Shown piece after piece: positions 46,750-56,343 of a stretch of 64,000 bases of DNA. Both the position numbers and the translations under genes were made by a program. The stretch lies in the IMG/VR virus record IMGVR_UViG_3300046777_002415, positions 15,499-79,498 of that record. One strand, given 5' to 3'. A model generated the notes under the pieces. The model searched no databases. It was not told the origin of the DNA and was given only the letters and a program-made list of their open reading frames with translations. The DNA is from a virus. How positions within the stretch are numbered: the stretch's first letter is position 1; each line of letters opens with the position of its first letter.

Positions 46750-47168
46750 CAGGCCAGTCCGTACTCTTTCGGATCCAGACGCAAAGTGCGGCAGACCTCC
46801 ATGATGACGGTGTGCTCCTCCGGCTCGATCTCACCATCAGCCTTGGCGATCGCCAGCATGGTGAGCAGAACCTCCTGCGCGTGGTCGTCGTTGTCGGCGA
46901 TGTCACTGATCTCGTCCAGCATCTTCTTCTTGCCGATGCCGAAATCCGCGTCGAGGATGTTTTCGAAGCGGGTGATCGTCTTCGTGATCTCCCGGCCGCG
47001 GAAGGCTTCAAGCAGGTCATTGGCTTGCAGGAGCTTGGTCAGCTTGTCAGTCTCGGAACGCTCGATGGTTCCATCTGCTGCCGCCGTGAGCAAAGCCCCG
47101 GCGACAATGGCTTCCATCACGTTTTTGTTCTGGACTTTCTTGGCTTTGTTGAACAGGTTTCCAAACAT
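46749..47168 (-). CDS. terB: TerB-family protein
   Basis: AAADG.IE..E...IAKADGEIEPEE.....C..L.L.P. Confidence 0.88.
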   Translation of the reverse strand: MFGNLFNKAKKVQNKNVMEAIVAGALLTAAADGTIERSETDKLTKLLQANDLLEAFRGREITKTITRFENILDADFGIGKKKMLDEISDIADNDDHAQEVLLTMLAIAKADGEIEPEEHTVIMEVCRTLRLDPKEYGLA

Positions 47169-47190
47169 TTTGATACTCCAAAGGAAGATA

Positions 47191-47215
47191 CCAGCCCGGG
47201 GTGCTGCCGGGCTGG
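47191..47215 (-). promoter_or_regulatory. CAGCA-loop hairpin copy 3
   Basis: CCAGCCCGG-cagcacc-CCGGGCTGG. Confidence 0.75.
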
Positions 47216-47225
47216 CTTATTGATA

Positions 47226-47984
47226 TTACGCAGCCTGATTCTGGGGCTGGTAATCACCTACTGCTTCAAACGTCCAAGGCTGGAACGTCCGGGTGCCGGT
47301 CTTGATCGGACTACCCACTCCTACCTTGGTGACTACCTGCGGGACCCTGCGGCCCTTGGTGACACCCAGTACCTTGGAGTACCCAGCAAACTTCTTCGCA
47401 GAAGTCTGTGGAATTGCCAGCATCGCTACCGCGCCGTCGTGCTCCCCGCCGATGATCATCGCCGCGGCCTCCAACGTATTCCTCACCACCGGCGAATGAC
47501 CCTCTGCCTTCCACCGGGCGATGACCTGTGCAACAGGTTCACCGGCTGTGGTGACGGCGTTGGGGTTCTTGGTGATGTCCTCGTAGGACCAGACAGCCTG
47601 AGCGTCCGAACCTTCTTCCTTGGAGCGGTGGATGTACACCTTCTTCACCTGGAAAATGTTGCAGGTGAAATCGCTGCCCATCTTCTCTTCGTCGAACCAG
47701 AAGATGCCGCTGTCGAGCTTGACTCGGGAAAATGAGCCAAAGCCGATCTCGTCATCGAGGTCGTCGAAGCCGTCGTTGAACTGGGAGGCCTGGACAGGCA
47801 GAGGCTGTACCGCCGGAAGCGCATTGGCTGCCGGTTGCAGATAACCTGTGGTCTGGGGGACAGACTCCTCGTACGAGGCTACAGGAGGGAGAGGCTGCTC
47901 AACAGGTGCTGCCGGGGCGGCAACGGTCGGGTTGGTGAGCGGGTTGGTGAGCGGGTTGACGGGCTGGTTTCTTAACAGAGTCAT
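47226..47984 (-). CDS. Probable single-stranded DNA-binding protein
   Basis: Position near polA, low-complexity N-terminus, OB-like beta core ending F.PWTF, strong RBS. Confidence 0.5.
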   Translation of the reverse strand: MTLLRNQPVNPLTNPLTNPTVAAPAAPVEQPLPPVASYEESVPQTTGYLQPAANALPAVQPLPVQASQFNDGFDDLDDEIGFGSFSRVKLDSGIFWFDEEKMGSDFTCNIFQVKKVYIHRSKEEGSDAQAVWSYEDITKNPNAVTTAGEPVAQVIARWKAEGHSPVVRNTLEAAAMIIGGEHDGAVAMLAIPQTSAKKFAGYSKVLGVTKGRRVPQVVTKVGVGSPIKTGTRTFQPWTFEAVGDYQPQNQAA

Positions 47985-47990
47985 AATAGT

Positions 47991-48114
47991 CTCCTTGGTC
48001 GTTTACATGTGTCAGCTCTTCGACGTGCTGTCAGGCTGCTGACGTGGCCTACTTCTGGTGCTGCAGATTCGGCGTGAGTTGAATCTAACAGCACCGGAAT
48101 CGGTTGACAAGAGG
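47991..48114 (-). promoter_or_regulatory. Structured 5' leader with multiple CAGCA motifs
   Basis: Nested inverted repeats GGTGCTG/CAGCACC, AGATTC/GAATCT, GTCAGC/GCTGAC. Confidence 0.55.
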
Positions 48115-49314
48115 TCAATGCACAAAGCTGGCATGCACCATCACCAGGCGCTGCTTGGCGCGGGTGACGGCGGTGTACAAGAAGCGCTTGGCCTCCTCGA
48201 AATCGTTGGCTTGCTCGAACGCCGCCACTTCTTCCACGTAGATCTGGACGGAGTCCCATTCAGAGCCCTGTGCGGTGTGGGCGGTGATGGCGTAGCCGAG
48301 CTGGAATTGGCAGTCCCTAAGCTCTGGCTGCCGGTCATGGATGCCGTCGATATGCATGTGCTCGAGGTGAACCCTCTTGCCTGCGTCGTCGACGACGTGG
48401 TTGTTGCCGGCGTACCACCAGAGTGAGTTATTGACGAGGCCAAGGTGGGCCCATGTTTTCACCGTGGCCTTGCACACCAGAGGTTCACCCTCGACCAGTT
48501 CCTTGGCCGGCAGTCCCAGCCGGTTGCGCATCCCAGTGTTCAGGGATTTGCGAGTGGCATTGCGCCAGACGATGACGGGTCCGTTGGCGGGATCGAAAAT
48601 GCGAGCTGACTCGATGCCGGGCGGCGGGTCTATGGTCTGGTCCCGGGTAGCGTTGCGGATCGCATGAGCGAACTGGATGATCGGGGACCCTTCCGCCTGT
48701 CGGTGGATCTCCTGCAGCTCTACGCCGTCTTCCTCTTCGAGGACCATCCGGTCCTTGATCGGCGACAACTGACCCGGGTCCCCTACCAGGATGATCCGGT
48801 CGAACACCTTGAGAGCCTGGGAGAGCAGCCGGTCACCGACCATCGAGGCTTCGTCGATGACAAGGCAGGATTGAGGGTCCTGTTTTCGAGCTGTCCACCC
48901 CTCAACGTGCTTCATCTTGTCGATGCCGAACACAACCAGAGCTTCTTCCAGATTCTGGTGGGCTTGGTTCACTTTTATGATTGCCTCATCAGGAGGCACC
49001 TTATGGATCAAGGCTGGGATGCTCTTGCTGTTTGGGTTCTCCACCCAGTTGGCAAAGCTCTCGAACTCCTCCGTGTAGTGTGGTCGCAGGCAGGCCGCAT
49101 GCAGGGTGGTGGCATTGATGCCCTTCTTCTGCAGGACGATGGCTGCCCGGTTGGTCGGGGCGCAGATGACGGCCGCCGGGATTTCTTCGGCGATGTGCGG
49201 GATCATCGAGGTCTTGCCGGTACCGGCGAGGCCGCGGAGGGCGACGACCTGGCCGGGGAGGTCCAGCAGCTGGTCGAGGCAGTCTTCTTGATGGGGTGTG
49301 AGTTCCAAGGTCAT
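48115..49314 (-). CDS. SF1B RecD/Dda-like helicase
   Basis: GLAGTGKT, APTNRAA, IDEASMV, GDPGQL, HRQ, YAITAH.AQGSEW, YTAVTRA. Confidence 0.92.
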   Translation of the reverse strand: MTLELTPHQEDCLDQLLDLPGQVVALRGLAGTGKTSMIPHIAEEIPAAVICAPTNRAAIVLQKKGINATTLHAACLRPHYTEEFESFANWVENPNSKSIPALIHKVPPDEAIIKVNQAHQNLEEALVVFGIDKMKHVEGWTARKQDPQSCLVIDEASMVGDRLLSQALKVFDRIILVGDPGQLSPIKDRMVLEEEDGVELQEIHRQAEGSPIIQFAHAIRNATRDQTIDPPPGIESARIFDPANGPVIVWRNATRKSLNTGMRNRLGLPAKELVEGEPLVCKATVKTWAHLGLVNNSLWWYAGNNHVVDDAGKRVHLEHMHIDGIHDRQPELRDCQFQLGYAITAHTAQGSEWDSVQIYVEEVAAFEQANDFEEAKRFLYTAVTRAKQRLVMVHASFVH

Positions 49315-49373
49315 GGTAGGTCCACTGTTGCTGTTGAAAGGATGAGGACGAAGACGAGGATGACTAGCTCCAT
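49311..49373 (-). CDS. 20-aa hydrophobic peptide (not in the ORF track)
   Basis: MELVILVFVLILSTATVDLP; AAGG RBS; ATGA-coupled to the helicase. Confidence 0.4.
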   Translation of the reverse strand: MELVILVFVLILSTATVDLP

Positions 49374-49374
49374 G

Positions 49375-49917
49375 TCACCTTTCCTTCGCATAGGCGCGAA
49401 GGACTGCCTCGAGCCCGGGCTTGCATTCCCGTAGCTCAGGGCAGATTCCATTGCGGTACACACAGACCGGGACCATGTGATCGGAGAGCGCCGGGTCGAC
49501 TTTTCGCATAGCTTTCTTGAGCTTCATCCAAGTAGCGACGGTCTCATCCGCCGAGGCGTAGCACAGGCGCTTCAGGCTCATGTTGACCAGGGCTTGAGCA
49601 TTGGCGAACAGGCCGTGATTGACTGGTGTGTATCGGTCCTCGTCACCCTTCCCACCACGGTCTTTGCGGTTGGACTCAACGAAATGCTCGACCCCGTACT
49701 TATGCCTGACGATATGCACCGACACGAAGGTGAAGATGTTCCGCAGTTCGATCCAGAAGGTCTGGGTACGCATCGGGGAGTGCTCGCAGCGGTAGATCTT
49801 TTCGAGTGTCATTTCGCTGGGTTTCATGCCCGGTTTGCGGGTCATGTCACAAGCTCGGCGCATGATGCGGTCGTCGACCAGCTTCTCGATGTGGATATCG
49901 ATGCGGCGATGGGTCAT
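49375..49917 (-). CDS. thyX: FAD-dependent thymidylate synthase-like protein
   Basis: EHSPMR, RHK-x8-SNR, NAQAL.N....RLC, P.C...G.CPE; start at ATG 49917 overlapping the HNH stop. Confidence 0.75.
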   Translation of the reverse strand: MTHRRIDIHIEKLVDDRIMRRACDMTRKPGMKPSEMTLEKIYRCEHSPMRTQTFWIELRNIFTFVSVHIVRHKYGVEHFVESNRKDRGGKGDEDRYTPVNHGLFANAQALVNMSLKRLCYASADETVATWMKLKKAMRKVDPALSDHMVPVCVYRNGICPELRECKPGLEAVLRAYAKER

Positions 49918-50708
49918 GCGGCCCTCCCGTATTTTTCGGCGACTTGGTCGGGGGTCATGCCGTACTTGAACAAGGCGTTCCAGACCGTGCCGCTCCACCC
50001 TCCGATCTTCTTGGCGAATGCATTGGCTGACATCTTTTGTCCTTGATACGTCACCCAGCACACCTTCTTGCTGGAAAGCATCTTGTCCAGGATGTCGTCT
50101 GTTATGGTCAACGGACCTCCATCATTTGCCGCCAGAAAAGGCTTCAATGTGGAGTAGGCTTTCTGTCTCGTAACCCCGGTCAGGGATGAGAATTCCAGCA
50201 GCTTCATGCTCTTTCCGTTGAAGGAAACGATCACGTTGTTGCCCCTGTTCCATACCTGCTCTGCTCGTGATGCCCACCTGCAGTTTTCGGGGTAGTACCC
50301 CTTGCTGGGGTCGATCCTGTCTAACGTGTACCCTTCTGGCCTATCGCCCATATCCTCGAGGAAGTTTTCAAACTTGTCCCACCTCTCGCATACCGTGATA
50401 CCTGCTCCACCGTAATAGGAGTAGTACGTGTAGTTGGGGTTATTACAGCGGGAGCGCATCATCGCCCAAGACTTGTAGGCAGGGTCCTTGGACTTCCCGT
50501 GTGTCTTGACGGTAGCTGGCATCCTTTCTTTCTGTTTGCACCCGCATGACATGCTGTATCCCGCCCGTAAAGAGAGGGATGCCACCTCTCTGACAGTCCC
50601 GCACACGCATTGAACAACCCAGTGTCTTTTTCGATTGCGGTATTCGCCCTTGCGCAGCACGGTCCAATGGTCAAGCACTTGCCCGGTCAAATCGATTAAA
50701 GCAGGCAT
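49914..50708 (-). mobile_element. HNH homing endonuclease gene
   Basis: W.V.C.CG, SCGC, YGG.GITVCERW..FENF..DMG.RP...TLDRID...GY.PENCRWA. Confidence 0.88.
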
Positions 50709-50710
50709 CC

Positions 50711-51691
50711 TTACCTCCAGTTCGCGATGTCGCTCATGCTGTCGTTCTCCTCGAACTTCAGCGCGGCGGCGCTAGAGTAGGCAGTCACAGCCCTCTCAAA
50801 AAAGTTTTCCTCGGCCTTGATGGATGACATCGCGTCCAGCCAAGGCATGGTCTCCTCCGCGTGGAAGAGCTTCGAGTAGCCCATCTGGCGCAAGCGCCGA
50901 TCGGCCAAGTAGCGGGTGTGCTGCTTGTGAGCTTCGGGGTTGTACCCGAGAATGGTTGAGGGGATGCAGTAGTCCGCCCACTCATCCATGCTTTCCATTG
51001 CCCTAGAGAACAGGGAATGCACATCATCCACATGAGGCTTGCTGCCTAGCTCCGCTGCACACTCCCCAAACAGCTTCATGCCAAAGGCAGTGTGCGTCGA
51101 TTCGTCCCTGTGAATCATTCTTATTTGCGTTGCCGCACCTATCATCAGGTTGCGTCGAAGCAGGGAGTAGATTGCGGCAAAGGCGGTTGGGAACCAGACG
51201 CCTTCCACCAGCCCGGAGAAGGATGCGATCTGCAGCAGCACATCCGGTGCTGATGTCATGCTGTTGATGCAGTCGAACCATTGCTTGATGTGCGGCTTGG
51301 TCCGGTACATGTTGTAGACCTCTTCTTGGTCCACACCCAGTACCTCCAGGCAGTGCTGATATGCATGCCGGTGTACCCCTTCCTCGGCGATCTGCCTCTC
51401 GAGGTAGTACCTGATCTCAGCCGCCTTGAACATTTCATAGAAGCGGATGCAGAGGTTCTCGGCGATGGCAGCGTCAGCCGTGGTCAGGCTGGCGAACACC
51501 ATCATGAACATGTGCCTCTCGTCGGCCGTAAGGCTGTGCTCATAACACGCCTTGTCCTGAGTCATGTTGATCTCAGGGGCAAACCAAGTGTTGTGGATGG
51601 ATTTCTCCACCATGGTCGCCGCCCAGGGGTATTTGTACGGCGCCAGATTGAAGCTCTCAGAGCCTTTCAGCAGGAATTTCTCTATCATCAT
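50711..51691 (-). CDS. nrdB: Ribonucleotide reductase class Ia beta subunit
   Basis: W...E, D, EExxH..Y, EG..F, RDExxH, NFFE....Y; start at 51691 after GGAG. Confidence 0.92.
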   Translation of the reverse strand: MMIEKFLLKGSESFNLAPYKYPWAATMVEKSIHNTWFAPEINMTQDKACYEHSLTADERHMFMMVFASLTTADAAIAENLCIRFYEMFKAAEIRYYLERQIAEEGVHRHAYQHCLEVLGVDQEEVYNMYRTKPHIKQWFDCINSMTSAPDVLLQIASFSGLVEGVWFPTAFAAIYSLLRRNLMIGAATQIRMIHRDESTHTAFGMKLFGECAAELGSKPHVDDVHSLFSRAMESMDEWADYCIPSTILGYNPEAHKQHTRYLADRRLRQMGYSKLFHAEETMPWLDAMSSIKAEENFFERAVTAYSSAAALKFEENDSMSDIANWR

Positions 51692-51848
51692 TTCTCTCCG
51701 TTGGTCGTAAAGGCCGTGCCGGGCCCAGATGTCTTCCGCATTCACATTTTGTTCGGGTTGTGATCCCGATCCATACCGCTGTCAGGCCGCAGCCGCAGCG
51801 GTGGAAGAAGGTTCTGACAGGGTTGTTGACTGGGTGATACCAATTCAC
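51657..51848 (-). CDS. Small Zn-ribbon protein
   Basis: CGCG...CECG; coupled to the helicase stop. Confidence 0.4.
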   Translation of the reverse strand: MNWYHPVNNPVRTFFHRCGCGLTAVWIGITTRTKCECGRHLGPARPLRPTERNDDREIPAERL

Positions 51849-53476
51849 TCCAAATTCCCCACGATCCCCTCCTCCCCCATCAGCTCCGCCAACAGCACCT
51901 TGCTGTCCCGGACTACCGAGTTTGCCGCCTGCTCCTTGGCGACCAAGTTGTTGCGCAGCTTCACCGCCACGGTCTTCATGGCCGTGAACAGGTAGATGTT
52001 GACGCTCTCGGACTGCTGCCCCGTCCGGTGCAGTCGGGACACCGCCTGCTCCAGCAGCCCGGGGACACTGATGGGTTCGATGAAGGCAACGTGACTGCAG
52101 ACGCCTTGGAGGCCATCGACACCGACCCCGCCTGACCGCGGGTTGGCGATCATCAGCCGGCAGCTGTTGTCAGCGATGAACTTCTGCTTCATCTGCTCCC
52201 GCTCCTTGCCCGTGACCTCGCCGTAGAGGGTGGCGGGGTTGAGGTGGCTGTAGCGCATGGCCAGCTTCCGGATCGAGTCGGTGAACCAGGCGAAGAGCAG
52301 CAGCTTCCTGCCACCCAAGCTGTGGATCAGCTCGTCGAGGGCAGTGATCAGGGTGTTCTCAGCCTTCCAGCCCTCCTCGACGAACAGCTCCGGGCAGACC
52401 AAGATCCGCTGTGACTTCACATAGAGCGAGGAGGCCGTGGTCGCGTCGATGACCTTGTCGCCGATCTCAAGGATGCGTTGCTTGACCAGCTTCTCGTAGA
52501 GCTTCTGGTGCTTCGGAGACAGCTCGACCCGCGTCTCTGAAATGAGGCGTGGGGGTAGGTCGAGGGCGTCTTTCTTGGTGGTGCGCCGGCCCTGCAGGTA
52601 CAGGGACTGGTAGGCATAGTCCTCGTTCTGGAAGCCGATCAGCTTCGGGAAGCGGCCCAGGGTATAGATGCAATGCAGCCGCTCGAACGCCCGGAAGCTG
52701 CCGTACCGGGTCGGGGTGATCAGCTTCACCAGCCCGTACATGTCGGAGATGTTGTTCTCGATGGGCGAGCCGGAGATCAGGACCAGGCCGTTGGTGGCGT
52801 GGAGGTCGCCGGCGAATTGCTTGACGGATTTGTGGAGGTCGGAGGAAGGCGACTTCACCGCGGTGGCCTCATCCAGCGTCAGGTGGTTGTAGCCTTTGGC
52901 CAACCAGGTGTTGACGTTGGCTTCGTCGGCCGGCGACAGCCGGCTGGCTTGTTCAACGCAGGCGCCTTTCTTCTCTGCCGACTTCCGGCGCCTGGTGACC
53001 AGACTATTGATCTCGGTCGCCGACTTGCCGGAGAACATGTCGTAGCTCATCACCAGCACATCGGGCCATCCATGCCGGTCCCATCCGGCCAACAGCGCGT
53101 CCCGCTCGGCGACATCGCCCTGGAACACCTCGATCCGGACATGCTTCTCGATGCCGGGGAAGTTGGCGTGGAAGGAGTCGCGGAACTGTTTGACCAAAAT
53201 CGGTGGCATGACTGCCACCGCTTTGTTGCCGAGTGACACTAGCCAAAGGATGTGGGCCTGAGCGATCAGGGTCTTGCCAAGGCCGGGGTCATCGTAGAGG
53301 CCGGCCCGGGGGTACAGGGCCAGCAGGTTGAGCCCTGTGATCTGATGCTGGAACGGGATGCGCGAGAGCCGAATCGAGTCGGCCCACGCGGGGCCATCCT
53401 TGATGTTGGCTGCCGCCCAGTAGTCCGACAGGGTTTCGATGCGAGGTGCGGATGTCATGGCCAGTACTGCAGACAT
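51845..53476 (-). CDS. SNF2-family helicase
   Basis: DDPGLGKT, LDEA(T), SGSP..N, G.G.D.LQ, QA.SR.HR.GQ. Confidence 0.88.
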   Translation of the reverse strand: MSAVLAMTSAPRIETLSDYWAAANIKDGPAWADSIRLSRIPFQHQITGLNLLALYPRAGLYDDPGLGKTLIAQAHILWLVSLGNKAVAVMPPILVKQFRDSFHANFPGIEKHVRIEVFQGDVAERDALLAGWDRHGWPDVLVMSYDMFSGKSATEINSLVTRRRKSAEKKGACVEQASRLSPADEANVNTWLAKGYNHLTLDEATAVKSPSSDLHKSVKQFAGDLHATNGLVLISGSPIENNISDMYGLVKLITPTRYGSFRAFERLHCIYTLGRFPKLIGFQNEDYAYQSLYLQGRRTTKKDALDLPPRLISETRVELSPKHQKLYEKLVKQRILEIGDKVIDATTASSLYVKSQRILVCPELFVEEGWKAENTLITALDELIHSLGGRKLLLFAWFTDSIRKLAMRYSHLNPATLYGEVTGKEREQMKQKFIADNSCRLMIANPRSGGVGVDGLQGVCSHVAFIEPISVPGLLEQAVSRLHRTGQQSESVNIYLFTAMKTVAVKLRNNLVAKEQAANSVVRDSKVLLAELMGEEGIVGNLE

Positions 53477-53498
53477 GGTTTTCTCCTGTGGTTAAGAC

Positions 53499-56330
53499 TT
53501 ACTCCTCTACGAATCCGCCAGTGGTAATGTGCTCGAGCTGCGACAGATCCAGCGCAATCCAGCCGCGGGCGTTCGCATTGCCGGGCGGGCCGATCTGGCC
53601 CAGGCAATAGTTCGCGGTGCGATAAAGTTCGATCAGGGCCTGCGGTGACCCCACTTCGTTGGGGATCTGCATGGAGCGGGTGTAGAGGTGGTACTGCTGG
53701 AAGCAGGTGACTGCGTTGAGGTAGAGCGTGTTGCCATCCCTGACGTAGTGGCCGGGGCTGAGACGGCCCGGGGTGTTGGTCTCGGGCAGTATTTCTGCCA
53801 TGTGATCCAGGTGCTCGAGTACGGTCTCCGGGGTGCCCATCTTCAGTCGCATCTCCTCGATCGACTTCTTCTCTGTGTGCCACGAGTCGACGACGATGCG
53901 ATCCAGCTCCGCCAGCCGGTCCAGCAAGGGCTGCGGGAACCCTTCCAGTACCGCTCGCAGGAAGCGGAGGCCAGTGCGGATCACGAACAGGTTCTGCACC
54001 CGGCGTGAGTGTTCGTTGTTGGGGAGGTCAGCCTGCGCCTCCTTATGCCATTGCCTGCATGTTTCCAGATCCATCTTTAGGGCGTAGTCGACCATGGCTT
54101 TGACCAGCCGCTCCGATGCGTTGCCATCGACCTTGGCTTTGTCCAGGGTCTCGCGGTAGACCCACTGGAAGTTCTCGCGGTTGTTGTCGGTCTCGTGTGC
54201 CTTCTCATCGATCTTGATCACGATCGACCGTTGCAGCAATTCCTCTGACGCGGTCGCCTCCTTGGACAGGTAGATACAGGGCGCGGTCGCCGCTTGCCGG
54301 TCCACTGCCGTGTTGACCCCGCCGATGGACTTCTTGCCGATGTAGCCGGTGCTGATGCCCTGCCGAACGTACGCTGCCTTGAAACATTCGAGGATCTTGG
54401 TGTAGCGGTTGAACTCCATCTGGGGCTTATTAAATTCGTCGAACACCCGCGCAACGGTGGTCGATTCGGACAGCGCCTTCTTGATCGGGAGCGGTGTGGC
54501 CAGCCCGACAACCATCGGGCCGTTCACCAGCCGGGTGCCGGTCAATGCGGAGTAGACCGTAGCGGTGTGCGTCTTACCGGCGCCCTTCTGGCCGGCGATG
54601 TGCAGCAGTGGGAACTCAGGCATCTGGATGGCATTGAGATGTTCTTTGAGGTGGCAGGCGCTCGCCCATCCCAGCAGATGGCCCACCGACACATCCACGT
54701 TCGAATGCATCAGCCGGTCGAGGTACTCGACGACCTCTGTGTCCTCCGGCTTGGCCCGGGGGATCCCGCAGAGGGACACGCAGGTGTCGCCTGCATCGCC
54801 TTCGTACATTATCTTGCTGGTGATGCCGGCGTCATCGACGGACCAGCCGTTCTCGACCCAGACCTTGGGTTCTTTCCCGTCCGTGGAACGAGTGACGTGG
54901 ATGCCTATTTTGTCGCTTTTCATGATGACCTCTGGGTCCTGTGTTTGCTGTAGATAGAGGCGCAGTGCCGTGAGCATTGCGTCGTTGGAAGTGAGGAACA
55001 TGGCGCCCCGAACCGAGGCGACCTTCTTGGAGAGACTGGCCAGACTGACCCAGTCTTCGGCGGGTATGTGGACCTGGGTCGATTCGACCACGCCGCTCTT
55101 GTTCTTGACGTTGACGGAGACATGATCGGCATGCAGGTGAATGCCGCCGTCGCCGATGGAACAGATCTGCCGTTCCCGGGTAAGCGTGAAGGTGGCGATC
55201 CGCATGCCCTCACCCTTGTGGTTCTTGTAGAGATAGCCCTCCTCGTCATCGACGATCGAAGTGGACTGCTCGGCCGCGGCTCTCTGCTTCTCCTGCACCG
55301 GGCAGCCGGCGCAGGGGTTGTGCTCGAGGACTGACTTGCACCCGCCGCAGGAGAAATCCAGGTTGCCTTTCTCGGCGAGGCTGACATTGCCTCTGACGTG
55401 TTTTTCCCGAAGTTCAGGGGTGGGGTGATTGCCTGACTCGTAGGCATGGACGAGTTGCTTGATGTAATCGTCACGGCCTTTGCCAGTAATGTTCTGGGCG
55501 TGGCCGAGGAAGGCACCGACCTGCATGGAGACGGCATTGAACCGACCCTGCAGACCTGTCTTCTTGATCTTGTTCGGGTCGAGCATGGCTCGGATGCACT
55601 CCGGGAACCGGCCGTCGCCGAACTCATCCAGATCCTCGTCCGGGACCGGAGAGTGCTGGACTTTCTGCGCAGCCTTGACGGCATCCTTGGCCTTCTTCCA
55701 GAGCTTGCCGAGCTCAACGTTGTGCGCCTTGGTAGTGAAGCCGATGACGTTGATCGACCGCGGGCCGGTCACGTACTGCAAGTAGTCCTCGACGGTCATC
55801 CGGCGGACTTCGTCGGCGGAGACCTGCACCTTCCACCGGCCCTTCTTGCCCTCCTTTTGGTGATCGGTGTTGGCAATCCGCAGCATGGCGCGGGTCTTGT
55901 AGAGGTTGCGGTCGAGGACGATGCCGGCTTCGTTCTCGATCACCGCGGCCATGTATCCATGGAGCTTGTTCAGTGACTGAACCGGCTGGCCGTCCCCGAA
56001 TATCTTCTGCGGGACGACGACGTGGAAGCCTTTGGATCCTGAGCAGTAGATGCCAATCTGATTGAGATCGACCTCCCATTTCTCCAGAAGGTCGAGCAGC
56101 TTGTTGGCCCAACTGATAGCCAGATTCAGGTCCTTGGCGTCGATGTCCATGGCGAGGTCGCCCTGGAGTCGATAGGTCTCGTAGGGTTGGCCCTTGTCTC
56201 CAGCATAGGAGTAGACCGTGGAGTGCCGGTATTCCTTGCCCAGTTCCTCGGGTGTTACCTTGGCGGGGTCAATCTCCAGGGGTATCCATTGTTCTGTCGC
56301 GTTGTCGGTTTTCTGTACCCAGATGAGCAT
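53499..56330 (-). CDS. AEP primase-helicase fusion
   Basis: DID, SGSKGFH, Cys cluster PEC..SCGGC...CAGCP, P-loop GQKGAGKT, FDEF. Confidence 0.85.
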   Translation of the reverse strand: MLIWVQKTDNATEQWIPLEIDPAKVTPEELGKEYRHSTVYSYAGDKGQPYETYRLQGDLAMDIDAKDLNLAISWANKLLDLLEKWEVDLNQIGIYCSGSKGFHVVVPQKIFGDGQPVQSLNKLHGYMAAVIENEAGIVLDRNLYKTRAMLRIANTDHQKEGKKGRWKVQVSADEVRRMTVEDYLQYVTGPRSINVIGFTTKAHNVELGKLWKKAKDAVKAAQKVQHSPVPDEDLDEFGDGRFPECIRAMLDPNKIKKTGLQGRFNAVSMQVGAFLGHAQNITGKGRDDYIKQLVHAYESGNHPTPELREKHVRGNVSLAEKGNLDFSCGGCKSVLEHNPCAGCPVQEKQRAAAEQSTSIVDDEEGYLYKNHKGEGMRIATFTLTRERQICSIGDGGIHLHADHVSVNVKNKSGVVESTQVHIPAEDWVSLASLSKKVASVRGAMFLTSNDAMLTALRLYLQQTQDPEVIMKSDKIGIHVTRSTDGKEPKVWVENGWSVDDAGITSKIMYEGDAGDTCVSLCGIPRAKPEDTEVVEYLDRLMHSNVDVSVGHLLGWASACHLKEHLNAIQMPEFPLLHIAGQKGAGKTHTATVYSALTGTRLVNGPMVVGLATPLPIKKALSESTTVARVFDEFNKPQMEFNRYTKILECFKAAYVRQGISTGYIGKKSIGGVNTAVDRQAATAPCIYLSKEATASEELLQRSIVIKIDEKAHETDNNRENFQWVYRETLDKAKVDGNASERLVKAMVDYALKMDLETCRQWHKEAQADLPNNEHSRRVQNLFVIRTGLRFLRAVLEGFPQPLLDRLAELDRIVVDSWHTEKKSIEEMRLKMGTPETVLEHLDHMAEILPETNTPGRLSPGHYVRDGNTLYLNAVTCFQQYHLYTRSMQIPNEVGSPQALIELYRTANYCLGQIGPPGNANARGWIALDLSQLEHITTGGFVEE

Positions 56331-56343
56331 GGTTTGACTCCCT

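Noticed and set aside
46653-47735. Long antisense ORFs such as this 360-aa + strand frame
   Set aside because: Shadow frames of GC-rich genes with no recognisable motifs.
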